Notes: generated by a model from the sequence alone, not told the origin. Positions 1 to 10,040 are shown, counted from the stretch's first letter. The stretch is 62,015 nt of DNA from a virus (IMGVR_UViG_3300033076_000935:1-62015); one strand, 5' to 3'. Made by a program: numbers and translations.

Positions 1-284
1 TTCTTACATACGATTCTATCTCTAAACTCTTTGATTGATTCAAAACCACCAAATGACCAATCACCTAAGTGAATTAAAATATCATCTTGACCTACTACTT
101 CGTTAATATTATTTACAATAGTAGCATTCATTTTATCTAAGTTCGGGAAGTCTCTCGTCTGACTGATTGGTATCTCTCCATCAGCAGTTCTCCAGTTGGT
201 AACTCCTCTACAAATATTCTTATGATTGTAATGCGTGTCAGAAGTAAAGAAAAGCTTCTGATCTTTTTCTAATGTAATTCTCAT
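1..284 (-). CDS. Calcineurin-like metallophosphoesterase (3' end truncated by window edge)
   Basis: Manual translation from ATG at 284: MRITLEKDQKLFFTSDTHYNH...DDILIHLGDWSFG, with DxH and GD motifs; absent from the ORF track. Confidence 0.8.
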   Translation of the reverse strand, partial: MRITLEKDQKLFFTSDTHYNHKNICRGVTNWRTADGEIPISQTRDFPNLDKMNATIVNNINEVVGQDDILIHLGDWSFGGFESIKEFRDRIVCK

Positions 285-300
285 AACCTTTTTATTTTTG

Positions 301-405
301 TGCTCCAGGACAGGAGTCGAACCTGTGTCACCTTTATCATACAGAGTGCCATTAGCTGTTATCTCAACCTGGGAGGGTGGTATGTTGCCGTTACACTACC
401 TGGGC
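301..405 (-). tRNA. Atypical/degenerate tRNA-like gene (possible Gly CCC) with ~35 nt insertion
   Basis: Minus strand: GCCCAGG TA GTGT..ACAT D arm, CT-CCC-AG loop, perfect T arm ACAGG-TTCGACT-CCTGT, 3' CCTGGAGC; anticodon stem weak and acceptor stem has a bulge. Confidence 0.5.
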
Positions 406-411
406 GTATTT

Positions 412-588
412 CTACTTTCTATTGCGGAATGCTGCTCCTAAAATTGAAACTAAGACTGAGATTCCAAATGCTTGAGTCCAAGTGATTGGGTAGAATAAAC
501 TAACTGCCCAATGTATAAGTAATAACTCTAAAGAGAATACTGCTGCTACAAGTGCTACAATAATTCCTATTGCAAGTAACTTTTCCAT
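412..588 (-). CDS. Small membrane protein (58 aa)
   Basis: Manual translation MEKLLAIGIIVALVAAVFSLELLLIHWAV...; two hydrophobic segments. Confidence 0.55.
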   Translation of the reverse strand: MEKLLAIGIIVALVAAVFSLELLLIHWAVSLFYPITWTQAFGISVLVSILGAAFRNRK

Positions 589-589
589 A

Positions 590-769
590 CTATTGATCTT
601 TTTTGATATTCATTAAAAACATAAAACCCATAGCCCAGCTCATTGCAAAGCCTACCATTTCATTTAACGGTTGTAGACCTTTTATACCGGTGTTACCTGT
701 AAGTATTAAGAAAGCTACTCCCCAGAAGCCAATTACTCCTGCTAACATTTTAAAATCTATCTTTTTCAT
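590..769 (-). CDS. Small membrane protein (59 aa)
   Basis: Manual translation MKKIDFKMLAGVIGFWGVAFLILTG...; abuts the neighbouring gene. Confidence 0.55.
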   Translation of the reverse strand: MKKIDFKMLAGVIGFWGVAFLILTGNTGIKGLQPLNEMVGFAMSWAMGFMFLMNIKKDQ

Positions 770-793
770 ATATCTATTTTTAAAGTTGGTGAA

Positions 794-1207
794 TTAAGCT
801 AATACTATCTCTTTTGGTTCGTTCATTACAAAAGCCTTACTTGCCCAAGTCGTTGCTTTAACAGCTGCATACTGTGTCTGGCTGTATAAGTTAGTGTTTA
901 AGAAATAACAGTTAATAGTTCCTACTTCCAAATCAGCTAAGATCTCGTTATCAATTAAGACTACTTTCTTACCTTTTAAAGCAAATACTGTAACCCAGTA
1001 CTTAGATCCTTCTGCTTGAAACTCTACAGTTTGTAAAGCTCCTTTTTTAAAGCTGTTTAATACTTGAGCACCAGTCTCGTGACGACCTTCTAAATCTACT
1101 ACTGTAAAGAAACCAGCCTTACATTTAACTACTGCTCTAAAAGTACCTTTACGGCCTTGAATAAAATCTACTGTGTTAACTCCTACTACATTGATGATGT
1201 TTTTCAT
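794..1207 (-). CDS. Hypothetical protein
   Basis: 137-aa ORF preceded by the recurrent AAAGGTTATG start context and promoter motif. Confidence 0.7.
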   Translation of the reverse strand: MKNIINVVGVNTVDFIQGRKGTFRAVVKCKAGFFTVVDLEGRHETGAQVLNSFKKGALQTVEFQAEGSKYWVTVFALKGKKVVLIDNEILADLEVGTINCYFLNTNLYSQTQYAAVKATTWASKAFVMNEPKEIVLA

Positions 1208-1258
1208 AACCTTTATTTTTATTGTTTAAGTATCGTTAAAGTATCTATCTCTCTAACA

Positions 1259-1317
1259 TACCTTAAATTACGAAGAATAAAGCAGACTAGCAACTTTTTC
1301 ACCAACTATTTTCCGGA
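1259..1317 (-). promoter_or_regulatory. Class A (Bacteroidota sigma-like) promoter with upstream TCCGGA box
   Basis: Minus strand TCCGGA...GTTG-N~17-TTCGTAATTTAAGGTA; the core motif recurs in at least 15 intergenic sites. Confidence 0.7.
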
Positions 1318-1347
1318 TTTTTTCAACTTTTATTGAAAATCAATGAG

Positions 1348-1560
1348 TTATGCAGTAAATTCTGCCTGTTTTACAGTAAGAAATCCATGTAAAAGTGCTT
1401 GTTTTTGAAGAGCTTCTGTAGGAGGAGTGCCTAATCCTATTTCTAATCTTGTGTAGACTTCTATCATCTTTTCACAAGCATCAAATTGAATTAGATTATT
1501 TACTGATTGAATAGTCTTATAGACTTTCATAAAATTTGTAACTTTCTGTTGATTTACCAT
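1348..1560 (-). CDS. Hypothetical protein
   Basis: 70-aa ORF, AGGTTATG start context. Confidence 0.6.
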   Translation of the reverse strand: MVNQQKVTNFMKVYKTIQSVNNLIQFDACEKMIEVYTRLEIGLGTPPTEALQKQALLHGFLTVKQAEFTA

Positions 1561-1564
1561 AACC

Positions 1565-1981
1565 TTATTTTTTAACTGTTAGTAATACTTTATCTTCTAC
1601 AAACTTAATAGCTGTCACTATACCTTCTAATCCAAAGTGAGACATATCCATTCCTACTTTCATATAAGGACCTCCTGAAGGGTCAAACATATCGATTGTT
1701 TCTTTATCGGATGTAATTAATGGTCCAAATAGCTTCATAATCCAATTCGTACTACCCTCTCTCCATTCGTGTACTACTTCTTTGAATCTTTCTAAAGACA
1801 TCGGTTTACCGTCTGGTTGTTCATAAACTACATCACAGTAAGCTTGATAAGCTTCTGTATATACATTCGGCCATCCAAATCGACAATACTCTGGAGAGTA
1901 TCCAGACATTAAAATTGTATCTTCATTCTGTTCGAAAAGAATCCTATCGCCGTAGCGATTAACATACGTTTTTGATATCAT
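1565..1981 (-). CDS. Hypothetical phage protein
   Basis: 138-aa ORF with AAAGGTTATG start, downstream of a class A promoter. Confidence 0.7.
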   Translation of the reverse strand: MISKTYVNRYGDRILFEQNEDTILMSGYSPEYCRFGWPNVYTEAYQAYCDVVYEQPDGKPMSLERFKEVVHEWREGSTNWIMKLFGPLITSDKETIDMFDPSGGPYMKVGMDMSHFGLEGIVTAIKFVEDKVLLTVKK

Positions 1982-1999
1982 AACCTTTATCTTTTAATT

Positions 2000-2060
2000 A
2001 TACCTTAAGATACGAATAATATACTTACAAAACAACTACTTTGTTAGTTATTTTTCCGGA
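2000..2060 (-). promoter_or_regulatory. Class A promoter with TCCGGA box
   Basis: TCCGGAAAAATAACTAACAAAGTAGTTG...TTCGTATCTTAAGGTA, near-identical to 21600-21659. Confidence 0.7.
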
Positions 2061-2213
2061 AAGAATAGGTAGATTAGAAAGACCGTAAAAGCTATCGGCC
2101 ATATTAAAATTTGAATAATTCTCTGACGATTATCCCACTCTGGCTGCAAAGCCTTACTAGTTGTAAACCATTCTAACCAACCTGCCCACAGAAAGCCTAG
2201 TACAAAATAAGCG

Positions 2214-2474
2214 CTAAGTAATGCCATTAATCTTTTGTTTTTGTTGTTTCATAAACTTAATGTAGTCTACAGTTTCTAACTCATCTGTCCCATTATCAAA
2301 TAATAAGGCTTTTGATCCACTTGTAGTTCTTAACAAACCCATAAAGCCAAAACCTTCACAGATCATTGGTTTATAGTACCCATGAGGTATGCTTTCAAAT
2401 TCTTCTTCTATATCGAAGTCCCAAGGAAATTCTGGGTCATTAATCTCAGCCCATTGTTTACTAAATTCTGCCAT
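2214..2474 (-). CDS. Hypothetical protein
   Basis: 86-aa ORF in a tightly packed operon. Confidence 0.6.
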   Translation of the reverse strand: MAEFSKQWAEINDPEFPWDFDIEEEFESIPHGYYKPMICEGFGFMGLLRTTSGSKALLFDNGTDELETVDYIKFMKQQKQKINGIT

Positions 2475-2484
2475 AGTTTGCTAT

Positions 2485-2718
2485 TTAGACTGGCCATTTA
2501 CCTTTTGGACAATTACCGTCTTCTACTGTTGCTGGTGTAAATATTTTACCTTTTAAAGGACAGCCACAAGCGGTACAGACTTCCATACCTACTGAGTTTG
2601 TTCCTCTGAATTCACAAGAATTGCAGACGTTGTATCTGATTTCAGCTAATCTCTTCTGTATTGGGGAAGGGTTAATTGCTGTTGCCCAGGCTGATACTAT
2701 TTCTACAAGTTTGTTCAT
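2485..2718 (-). CDS. Small Cys-rich metal-binding protein (DUF6171-like), paralog of 18099..18386
   Basis: CxxC...CxxCGC...CPxxKW pattern. Confidence 0.65.
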   Translation of the reverse strand: MNKLVEIVSAWATAINPSPIQKRLAEIRYNVCNSCEFRGTNSVGMEVCTACGCPLKGKIFTPATVEDGNCPKGKWPV

Positions 2719-2925
2719 TAGTTAAATATTACAATTTGTTCTTCTGTTGCTGGATTTTGTAATCGGCGCTTAATTGATCGACCTCTAGGGGCTGATTTTA
2801 ACTTCTCATAAGTATACCCTTCTAGTATAATATGGTATCCGTATTCAACTAAATCTGCGATTTTAGGTGAAATTCTAGTTGACGCGACGTAATAACTTTT
2901 TGTCATAACATTTGTTGGTTTTGGT

Positions 2926-3528
2926 TTATATATTCTGTTCTTGATAAAGCTTCTGATACTTTTTAGCCATTTGTTTATAATTCATTCTAAACGTATCTGG
3001 CATAGCATCGTAAATTACTTGATTTCTATAAGGAGAGTTTCCTGGCTTGCTCCATCTTCTGGAATAATACATCCAGTTATAGAACTGAACATATGCATTT
3101 GCTCTCTTTATATAATCTTTAACATCTATAGGTAGCTTCCACTTCTTAATTAGTTTAACAGAGCGTTTCTCATTGTCTAATTCAAGGTCTCTGCTTCTAT
3201 CTATATGTTGTTTAATATTCTTCTTTTTCTTACCGGCTAACCAATCTTCTAGGTGTCCGATTCCTTCACATCCTTCTACCCATTCTTTACATCCTTCTGC
3301 CCATTGTGTTAAGTGCCCATATTCGTGAACTAGTAAACCTAACCAGGCATCTTCGTTCTTGGTTGCTACAACTAACTTTCTCTCTTCTGAATCGAAGTAT
3401 CCGCCGCATTTGATATTACCTGTAAGTAAAAGAAATTTGACCGGCCTTAGTTGTAACTTTATTTTATGTTTTTTGCACTCTTTTTTGACATGTTCTATAA
3501 ATGCCTGAACGTTTGGATTGTTTAACAT
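2926..3528 (-). CDS. Putative zincin-like metallopeptidase
   Basis: LVHEYGH (HExxH) with downstream Glu (ELDNE). Confidence 0.6.
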   Translation of the reverse strand: MLNNPNVQAFIEHVKKECKKHKIKLQLRPVKFLLLTGNIKCGGYFDSEERKLVVATKNEDAWLGLLVHEYGHLTQWAEGCKEWVEGCEGIGHLEDWLAGKKKKNIKQHIDRSRDLELDNEKRSVKLIKKWKLPIDVKDYIKRANAYVQFYNWMYYSRRWSKPGNSPYRNQVIYDAMPDTFRMNYKQMAKKYQKLYQEQNI

Positions 3529-3577
3529 AAACTAAGATTGTATCTATAAATATAACGAATCTCAGCTTATCTGCAAA

Positions 3578-3904
3578 CTAATTGATACGAATGTATTCCA
3601 CTCTCTTAAGTTTCCTTTCCTCGGCTTCTTCTTCTTTCCACTGATCAATCACTTCCATTGCCTGTGATTTACTGCGGAAAGCTTCCTGATAAGAAATCCA
3701 CTCACGTAATACTTTTCCGTTAAAGACTTTCCTCATTGGTATATAGATAACGCCTCCTGAGTGTACATGCTTTACAGCAATCTTATACTTATCTCGACCT
3801 ACAATAATCTCTTTAATCTGATCTCCAAAGCTCATAGATTGTGATCTAGAATCAGCTGATATTAAAGATAAAATTAATATTAAAACTAGACTAATTTTTT
3901 TCAT
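3578..3904 (-). CDS. Secreted hypothetical protein
   Basis: MKKISLVLILILSLISADSRSQ signal peptide; start trimmed to this Met. Confidence 0.5.
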   Translation of the reverse strand: MKKISLVLILILSLISADSRSQSMSFGDQIKEIIVGRDKYKIAVKHVHSGGVIYIPMRKVFNGKVLREWISYQEAFRSKSQAMEVIDQWKEEEAEERKLKRVEYIRIN

Positions 3905-4116
3905 TTTCTGGTTCTTTACTGCCAACAAGTTGATAAGCATCTGCTAACTTTGTCATAGCTTCTTCTACTAGGATTGCTATGTCTACTTCTTTTACTGTTA
4001 GTGGGTGGTAGAATATATGATCATTTATTGTAGAAAGTACTACATGCAACCTATCCATCAACTCCAGGTAATGACCTGGGTTGATTTCTGGTTCTAAAAA
4101 ATCTATTGCATCCATT

Positions 4117-5028
4117 TTACTGAATATTTTTAAACATTTGAGGAACTGTTCCGTATACTGGTAACTTACCGTCCCACTTCTGTACATACTCTAACTGAAT
4201 TAACAACGGTGTTAAGGTTTGTTGCTTCATTCTATTAGCTTCAGCTTCTGCTTTAGCAGATGTTAACATAGCCTGAGCATTACCTTCAGCTGTAGCAATT
4301 TTGATCTTAGCTTGAGCTTCAGCAGTCTTAACTTCATTCTCAGCTCTTAATGCAGCTTGTACAGCATTATTCTTTGCTTCAATTGCATGTTTAAAAGTCT
4401 CTGGGTATACTAAATTAGAAGTAAATTGATTAACTACGAAACCTTCCTTCAGTAATTGTCCTTCTAAAATCTTACGTACTTCGATTTCATAGTTCTGTCT
4501 ATTACCGATCAATTCGTCTGCGGTATACTTATTAGTTGCTAAACGGAATGCATCAAATACGGCTGTCTTTAGAAAACCTTCTTCAATCTGCTCTAAGGAA
4601 CGTCTATACTTAGCAAAAATTGCAGGTACTTTTTCACGCTGTACTGAGTAGTTAATGATAGGGCTTACATGGAATTCAGATCCATCCTTACTGTTAACTA
4701 CAAATGAATTATCACCTGTATATTCTTTATGTTGAATAAAGGTTGGGAACTCGTAAATGTTATGAGTGATTGGGTTAAAGAAAACCATACCGGTTACTTC
4801 TGTAACATCACTTACTCCTTTGTTGTCACCATAAAGGTTAACTTTAACACCTACGTGTCCTGCGTCAATACGCTCACATGATTGAAATAATACAATCAAT
4901 AAAATAAAACCGAGGATTGATCCTCCTACTACTTTCACCATTTTTTTAAATTTTAATTGTTGCTGTAACTTGAACTCTTCTTGTTCTTTTTGTCTCTGTG
5001 CTTGATAATCTGAATCGTAAAACGCCAT
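4117..5028 (-). CDS. SPFH/Band 7/prohibitin family membrane protein
   Basis: N-terminal TM helix, IDAGHVGV, SKDG, AIEAK and Ala/Glu-rich coiled-coil tail. Confidence 0.9.
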   Translation of the reverse strand: MAFYDSDYQAQRQKEQEEFKLQQQLKFKKMVKVVGGSILGFILLIVLFQSCERIDAGHVGVKVNLYGDNKGVSDVTEVTGMVFFNPITHNIYEFPTFIQHKEYTGDNSFVVNSKDGSEFHVSPIINYSVQREKVPAIFAKYRRSLEQIEEGFLKTAVFDAFRLATNKYTADELIGNRQNYEIEVRKILEGQLLKEGFVVNQFTSNLVYPETFKHAIEAKNNAVQAALRAENEVKTAEAQAKIKIATAEGNAQAMLTSAKAEAEANRMKQQTLTPLLIQLEYVQKWDGKLPVYGTVPQMFKNIQ

Positions 5029-5218
5029 AACTGTTTATTTTAATTTATGTTTAATATATGTGTAAATGAATAAAATTAAGGATACTGTTAGAAAACTACC
5101 TGCGTAGTTCAAAAAAGTATCTGCAGCTGTTAAAGCTGGGAAGATTAATTCACTGACTGTGGTTAATGTAGCAAAAGCTACTAATACCGGTTCTACCGAT
5201 TTAAAGATAGTTTTCATT

Positions 5219-5476
5219 TTAAAACCTTTTTGATAATTTGATAATAAGTTCTTCTTCTTCTCGAGTAAGCATATGGTACTTGTCTGCTAACTTTTCAATA
5301 GCTTCTACGTAAAAAGTCTCCCCTACACTCATTCCTCTTTCTTGAACAAGCCTACTTGGATTGATATGACCCTCTTCTACTAGGCAATCAATTAATTCTT
5401 TAATTTCGCTGCTGCTACAGCTGCTAATAAATTCATCAACATCAATGTCGATATCATCTGCGTAAAATGTTGGCAT
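5219..5476 (-). CDS. Hypothetical protein
   Basis: 85-aa ORF in operon. Confidence 0.55.
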   Translation of the reverse strand: MPTFYADDIDIDVDEFISSCSSSEIKELIDCLVEEGHINPSRLVQERGMSVGETFYVEAIEKLADKYHMLTREEEELIIKLSKRF

Positions 5477-5482
5477 AGTTTT

Positions 5483-5728
5483 TTATTTTAATAATTCGTC
5501 TAAATCAATATTATATGAGTCCATTATCTCATGTAACTTATCTCTTGTTTCTTGTAATGCATCGTACACTTCACCTGGGATTGAATCTGGGGCATACTTA
5601 GTCTGTGCTCTTAAATGTTGATCCATATCCCATAATGCTAAAGCCATGTCCTTTGCTTTAACACATCTCATATGAGCCGACTCATCTTCGAGTTCATCTA
5701 AGTTAAATTCTAATATTGCTTTAGCCAT
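5483..5728 (-). CDS. Conserved-type phage hypothetical protein
   Basis: MAKAILEFNL...ALWDMDQHLR, 81 aa. Confidence 0.6.
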   Translation of the reverse strand: MAKAILEFNLDELEDESAHMRCVKAKDMALALWDMDQHLRAQTKYAPDSIPGEVYDALQETRDKLHEIMDSYNIDLDELLK

Positions 5729-6107
5729 TTATAATAAGTTTATATGTGCTGTTAGTTGTACTGAATGTAATGACTCCTTCTTCTTCTGTGAAAGACTCTA
5801 GTACAGTCGTTAACCAGGTATAAGTTCCGTAATGTGGATCTACGACTAAGCTAGTTCCTACCTTTGGACTCTCATGTTGTTCTTTAAACGTTCCATTTTC
5901 ATTCCACTCTAACCATACTACCTTATCTCCTGATACAGTCATGTTATCCCTAGAACGAACAAGCGTATACTTTGGCTTTCTACCTCCATGCTCTTCACAA
6001 TATAAATCATCAGTCATTCCTAATGAAATGATCTTACGACATTTATGACATAGAGTTGCTCCTCTGCCGCCGTTAAATTTATGGATTGGTTTAATATTCT
6101 TTGACAT
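5721..6107 (-). CDS. Hypothetical protein with N-terminal Cys/His zinc-binding motif
   Basis: HKFNGG..LCHKC...YCEEH. Confidence 0.6.
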   Translation of the reverse strand: MSKNIKPIHKFNGGRGATLCHKCRKIISLGMTDDLYCEEHGGRKPKYTLVRSRDNMTVSGDKVVWLEWNENGTFKEQHESPKVGTSLVVDPHYGTYTWLTTVLESFTEEEGVITFSTTNSTYKLIING

Positions 6108-6462
6108 GTAACCTTTTTTTATTTTCTCTCATAGACTTTCTTTTGTAAGTCTCTTCAAATGAAATTATTCTATGAAAATCTCTAAAAGCGTCTGGGTGAT
6201 GTGCTTCTATGTAACTTATCCCAAACTCATACTCACCAAGCACATCTTTGTATCTAGTCTCTCGACTATCAAAATCAGCATCCATTACTTCAATTTCTCT
6301 CTGTAAAGAGTCAATTACATTTTGTAAAGAATCTGCTTTAGTATTAGCAGTAGCTGCTATAGGAGCAACAATCGTCTCTCTCGTACATTTATCTACTACG
6401 AATATACAGAATGTTATAACACATGCAAGCCCTACAATGTTATAGAAATTATTCAGTTTCAT
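6091..6462 (-). CDS. Membrane-anchored coiled-coil protein
   Basis: N-terminal TM helix, DSLQNVIDSL. Confidence 0.55.
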   Translation of the reverse strand: MKLNNFYNIVGLACVITFCIFVVDKCTRETIVAPIAATANTKADSLQNVIDSLQREIEVMDADFDSRETRYKDVLGEYEFGISYIEAHHPDAFRDFHRIISFEETYKRKSMRENKKRLHVKEY

Positions 6463-6700
6463 GATTCATGTAGTTAGTGGCCTGTAAAGCTGCTTTTGGA
6501 TTAACTCCTTGTAAGTAATCTAAAGTTAGTTCATACCTACCTACCTGAGTTTTTAATATGAAGTTCTCTGCTGTTAAACTATCTTTAGTTTGAGTTAAAG
6601 CTTCTACTTGCTTCTTATACTCTATAGACTTATTCCTAGTAGATATAGCCCAAAAACATAAGATAACAACTCCAATAATTACTACTATAGTATTTCTCAT
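6449..6700 (-). CDS. Membrane-anchored coiled-coil protein
   Basis: N-terminal TM helix followed by heptad region. Confidence 0.55.
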   Translation of the reverse strand: MRNTIVVIIGVVILCFWAISTRNKSIEYKKQVEALTQTKDSLTAENFILKTQVGRYELTLDYLQGVNPKAALQATNYMNHETE

Positions 6701-6877
6701 TTTTTACGTTTTAAAATGTCTTTTAACTTTTTACCTTCTTTGATTACTTTTCCAGTTTGATCTAATGTGGGTGCAGTATGGTACTCAACTGCTAACCATA
6801 TTAATGAAACTAAACCACCGATTGCTAATCCTGTCATACTTTTTAATTTAATTAAAGATACGAAATATTTTTGAGAC

Positions 6878-7540
6878 CTACAACAAATTCTGTGTTATAT
6901 TTTCTGGAAGAACTCCAATAGTCTTTATCATGTAATCTGCAAATTTACGATGACTATCCCAAGTCCAATGTCGATCTGATATCTTACCTTTTGTGTACTC
7001 TACTATAGTTTCGTAATTTCCCCATAGTATTTTCGACCACATAAATGCATTCACCTTTTTAAGACGGCAAGCAGTTACTAGAAAGTTCATATGTCTTTCA
7101 TAGTACCTTTGCCATTCATCGGCATAAGGCAACCTTACTTCTACTCCGTAGTCTACCATTGCTTGTTGAGCTCTACGGCTATAAGAATCTTTTATACCTT
7201 TCTTTACTCCTCCATGATCTAAAGTATACGCATGAAAAGATCCAACGGTACCTGTATATGGATTTATTACTGGGAATCTTGTAGAATCACTTGAACCTAT
7301 AATGACTAGATCACCGGGGTGAAAATAATCAAAACAGTCTACAAACTTGTCTATAATCTCTGCGTTACCTATTCCCCCATAGCCGTAGTTGTTTAGAGAC
7401 ATATCGTAATAATCTGCTACATGAGCAGGCCATATTTTATCTCCTTCCTGAGGAGGGTATGCAATAGTGTATTCGTTGCCATGTAGACAACCATCTCCTT
7501 TAGTAAAACTATCCCCAAAAAACCAGGCTGTTCTAGACAT
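6878..7540 (-). CDS. SGNH/GDSL hydrolase-like protein
   Basis: FFGDSFT block I, GxGN block II, C-terminal DxH..SH. Confidence 0.7.
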   Translation of the reverse strand: MSRTAWFFGDSFTKGDGCLHGNEYTIAYPPQEGDKIWPAHVADYYDMSLNNYGYGGIGNAEIIDKFVDCFDYFHPGDLVIIGSSDSTRFPVINPYTGTVGSFHAYTLDHGGVKKGIKDSYSRRAQQAMVDYGVEVRLPYADEWQRYYERHMNFLVTACRLKKVNAFMWSKILWGNYETIVEYTKGKISDRHWTWDSHRKFADYMIKTIGVLPENITQNLL

Positions 7541-8762
7541 TGTCGATTCCTGTTTTTATATCTTTGTAACTAGTTCCTCTTAATTCATCTAACTTCTTAT
7601 TAAAAGCCTTTAACTCTACTTCATCGATACCTCTTGGTGCTTTTATAAATTGAATAAGTTGATCAATCTCTTTTAAGGTCTTAGGAGAGTCTAATTGCTT
7701 AGCGCCTTCTTCTAAGAATTTAATAGCTGCTTCCTTATCTTGAATATTGTTTATAGAAGTGGGTTGAGGGCTCCAGGCATAGTAGAGATCTATACTGTCG
7801 GAAGACTCTACATACTTATTCTCAATCATGAAATTGATAAAATCAAAGATATGATAGATATTATAAATTGTTGTAGTATACTGGAAGTTATATTGAATAC
7901 CTGTTACTCTTTTACCAGGACCTCCTGAAGTATAAGATGGATTAGCTACTGTTTTGATTCTATCTAAATTCTCTAGAAACTTTTTAGTATCGAAATTAGT
8001 TCGTTGATACTCTCCTACAGGTCCTATCCCGTCACAAGAGATAGATACAAATACTTTTGCAAAGTCTTTCCACAGGTTAACTAAATCAACTTCATTATAC
8101 TTGATAGTCATTAAATTAGTATTGTAATGAAGGTGTAGATTCTTTTTAGTTTCTTGTAACTCTTCATCAAAATACTCTCCTACATTCTCGTGTAACCATT
8201 TTAACATTTTAAAATGCTCAGGCATAATTAATGGCTCACCCCCAGCAAAGTAAACACTTCTAATATCTGATAAGTACGGTATAAGGTCTTCTACAATAGT
8301 TTCAGATACTTTTATAACTTTACTATCTTCTACCACTCCTCCATACATCTTCTTAGCATCTTCAAACCAGCTAGAAGAGAAAGTATGGTTACACATTCTA
8401 CACTTTAAATTACAAAGATTAGAGAACCTAATATCTAAATGTTGTATGACTGGCGGTACTTCAAAGTTCTCATCTACTTTAGGCATCGTCCAGTTATTAC
8501 TCCTGTTATACTTAATTCTAGGACTATCCTCTCCTCTCTCTTCTTTCTTATAACAAACATCACATGCTTTGTTCTTAACTCCGCATAGCATATCTTTTCG
8601 AAGATCTTTCATCTGTTCTGAATTCCAGATACCTTCGATAGTATTTCCTTTATACTTCAAGGGCTTGTCATAACTTCCTGCTATACAACAAGGCTTTATT
8701 TCACCATCCGGTTGAGCATACAGATGCACAAAAGGAAGTATACAGAAACTTTCGCTACTCAT
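7533..8762 (-). CDS. Radical SAM protein with N-terminal twitch/SPASM-like Fe-S domain
   Basis: CNLKCRMC (CxxxCxxC), GGEP, N-terminal CILPF...PCC...CDVC; start placed at MSSESFC because the upstream region encodes a separate small ORF. Confidence 0.9.
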   Translation of the reverse strand: MSSESFCILPFVHLYAQPDGEIKPCCIAGSYDKPLKYKGNTIEGIWNSEQMKDLRKDMLCGVKNKACDVCYKKEERGEDSPRIKYNRSNNWTMPKVDENFEVPPVIQHLDIRFSNLCNLKCRMCNHTFSSSWFEDAKKMYGGVVEDSKVIKVSETIVEDLIPYLSDIRSVYFAGGEPLIMPEHFKMLKWLHENVGEYFDEELQETKKNLHLHYNTNLMTIKYNEVDLVNLWKDFAKVFVSISCDGIGPVGEYQRTNFDTKKFLENLDRIKTVANPSYTSGGPGKRVTGIQYNFQYTTTIYNIYHIFDFINFMIENKYVESSDSIDLYYAWSPQPTSINNIQDKEAAIKFLEEGAKQLDSPKTLKEIDQLIQFIKAPRGIDEVELKAFNKKLDELRGTSYKDIKTGIDNV

Positions 8763-8944
8763 ATTATAAGATTTGATGTTTATCGTTTTCGTTTTCTTCT
8801 TTATCATCACCCCAGTTTAGGAAATCATTTCCTTTATAATCTGGATGGTTCTTTTGCATGTAGTCTATACCTTCTACCCATCTCCAAGATATGATAGCAA
8901 CTACTGTAAACATAATTCCAAATACCAATACGTATCCCATTTTG

Positions 8945-9412
8945 TTAATCTTTTAAACGTCCAAATCCTCTTATAGCTTTTCTATATCGAGGTTCATATA
9001 AACTACTTATCTTTACTCCTTCATACCTATTTGCTGCATGTATAAAGTAATCGTTACCTATATAAGCTCCGCAATGCCAGCCGCTTGGGGATTGTCTGCT
9101 TCGGAAGAAGATTAAATCTCCAACCTGTAAGCTATCTCTTTTAATACGGATTGTCTGGTTCCATTGTTTATAAGCTACATTTGCTAATTGTTTACTGTAA
9201 ACATCTTTATAAAGTCTTTTTGTAAACTGAGAGCAGTCAATTCCTCTTTCAGTACTACCCCCTAACTTATAAGGTTTTCTCAACCAATGTACAATAAACT
9301 TATTTAGTAAGGTGTCTGAGGTCATTATGTCATCTTCAAAGGGAATTGAAGGTGTTTGTGCCTGTACTACAGCTGCTGTTAATATCAGAGCAGCTATTAA
9401 TATCTTTCTCAT
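8945..9412 (-). CDS. NlpC/P60 (C40) cell-wall peptidase with signal peptide
   Basis: YKLGG..GIDCS, GDLIFF, HCGAY...FIHA. Confidence 0.9.
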   Translation of the reverse strand: MRKILIAALILTAAVVQAQTPSIPFEDDIMTSDTLLNKFIVHWLRKPYKLGGSTERGIDCSQFTKRLYKDVYSKQLANVAYKQWNQTIRIKRDSLQVGDLIFFRSRQSPSGWHCGAYIGNDYFIHAANRYEGVKISSLYEPRYRKAIRGFGRLKD

Positions 9413-10029
9413 AAGTTAAATGCTTTAATTGTATACTCAAAAGGATTTCCTTCGATTCCTTTTACCTGATCTAGCATCATTTGTGCTAACTCTCTAACTT
9501 CTTTCTGTGCATGTTCACTATTTCTTAATCTTTGAAAATGTACAAAGGATCTGAAATTGAACATAACATCCATATCGATTTGAGAATTAAATGTTTTAAA
9601 GAAACGAGCACTTTCTTTTGCTCTCTTTCTACCTAGAATTGGTGTCATATCTTCCAAGCACTCATGGTATAGCTGGTTTGCTCTATCAGTAAAGTTTTGT
9701 AATGCAATTGCCCATCTATTTTGCCAATCATTAGGTATGTAACTTTTATCTTCTTTTAATTCTTTATACCTAGCACTCTCTCCATTAATAGAAACTCCTA
9801 TACGGTGTTTTAGTAAATGTATATGAGTTGCTTGATCTACTGTTACTAAGAAGTGAAACGAGCTTTTTTCAAAAGGAGTTTCATGCCCTTCACTTGCTAA
9901 CATATCTAATAGCTTTGGAATACGAGCTCTCTTCTCCTCTGTAATATCTCTACTTGTTGATGTCCATGCTGATTGTGCATGTGTTAAATCACTTCCGTAG
10001 TACCCTAATAACTCTACTTTATTGTTCAT
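9409..10029 (-). CDS. thyX: Flavin-dependent thymidylate synthase
   Basis: GHETPFE, KHR..S.NGESARY motif, HAQKEVR. Confidence 0.9.
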   Translation of the reverse strand: MNNKVELLGYYGSDLTHAQSAWTSTSRDITEEKRARIPKLLDMLASEGHETPFEKSSFHFLVTVDQATHIHLLKHRIGVSINGESARYKELKEDKSYIPNDWQNRWAIALQNFTDRANQLYHECLEDMTPILGRKRAKESARFFKTFNSQIDMDVMFNFRSFVHFQRLRNSEHAQKEVRELAQMMLDQVKGIEGNPFEYTIKAFNL

Positions 10030-10040
10030 ATATTTAGTTT

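Noticed and set aside
301-405. tmRNA
   Set aside because: Too short, with no tag reading frame and no alanine G3-U70 acceptor identity.
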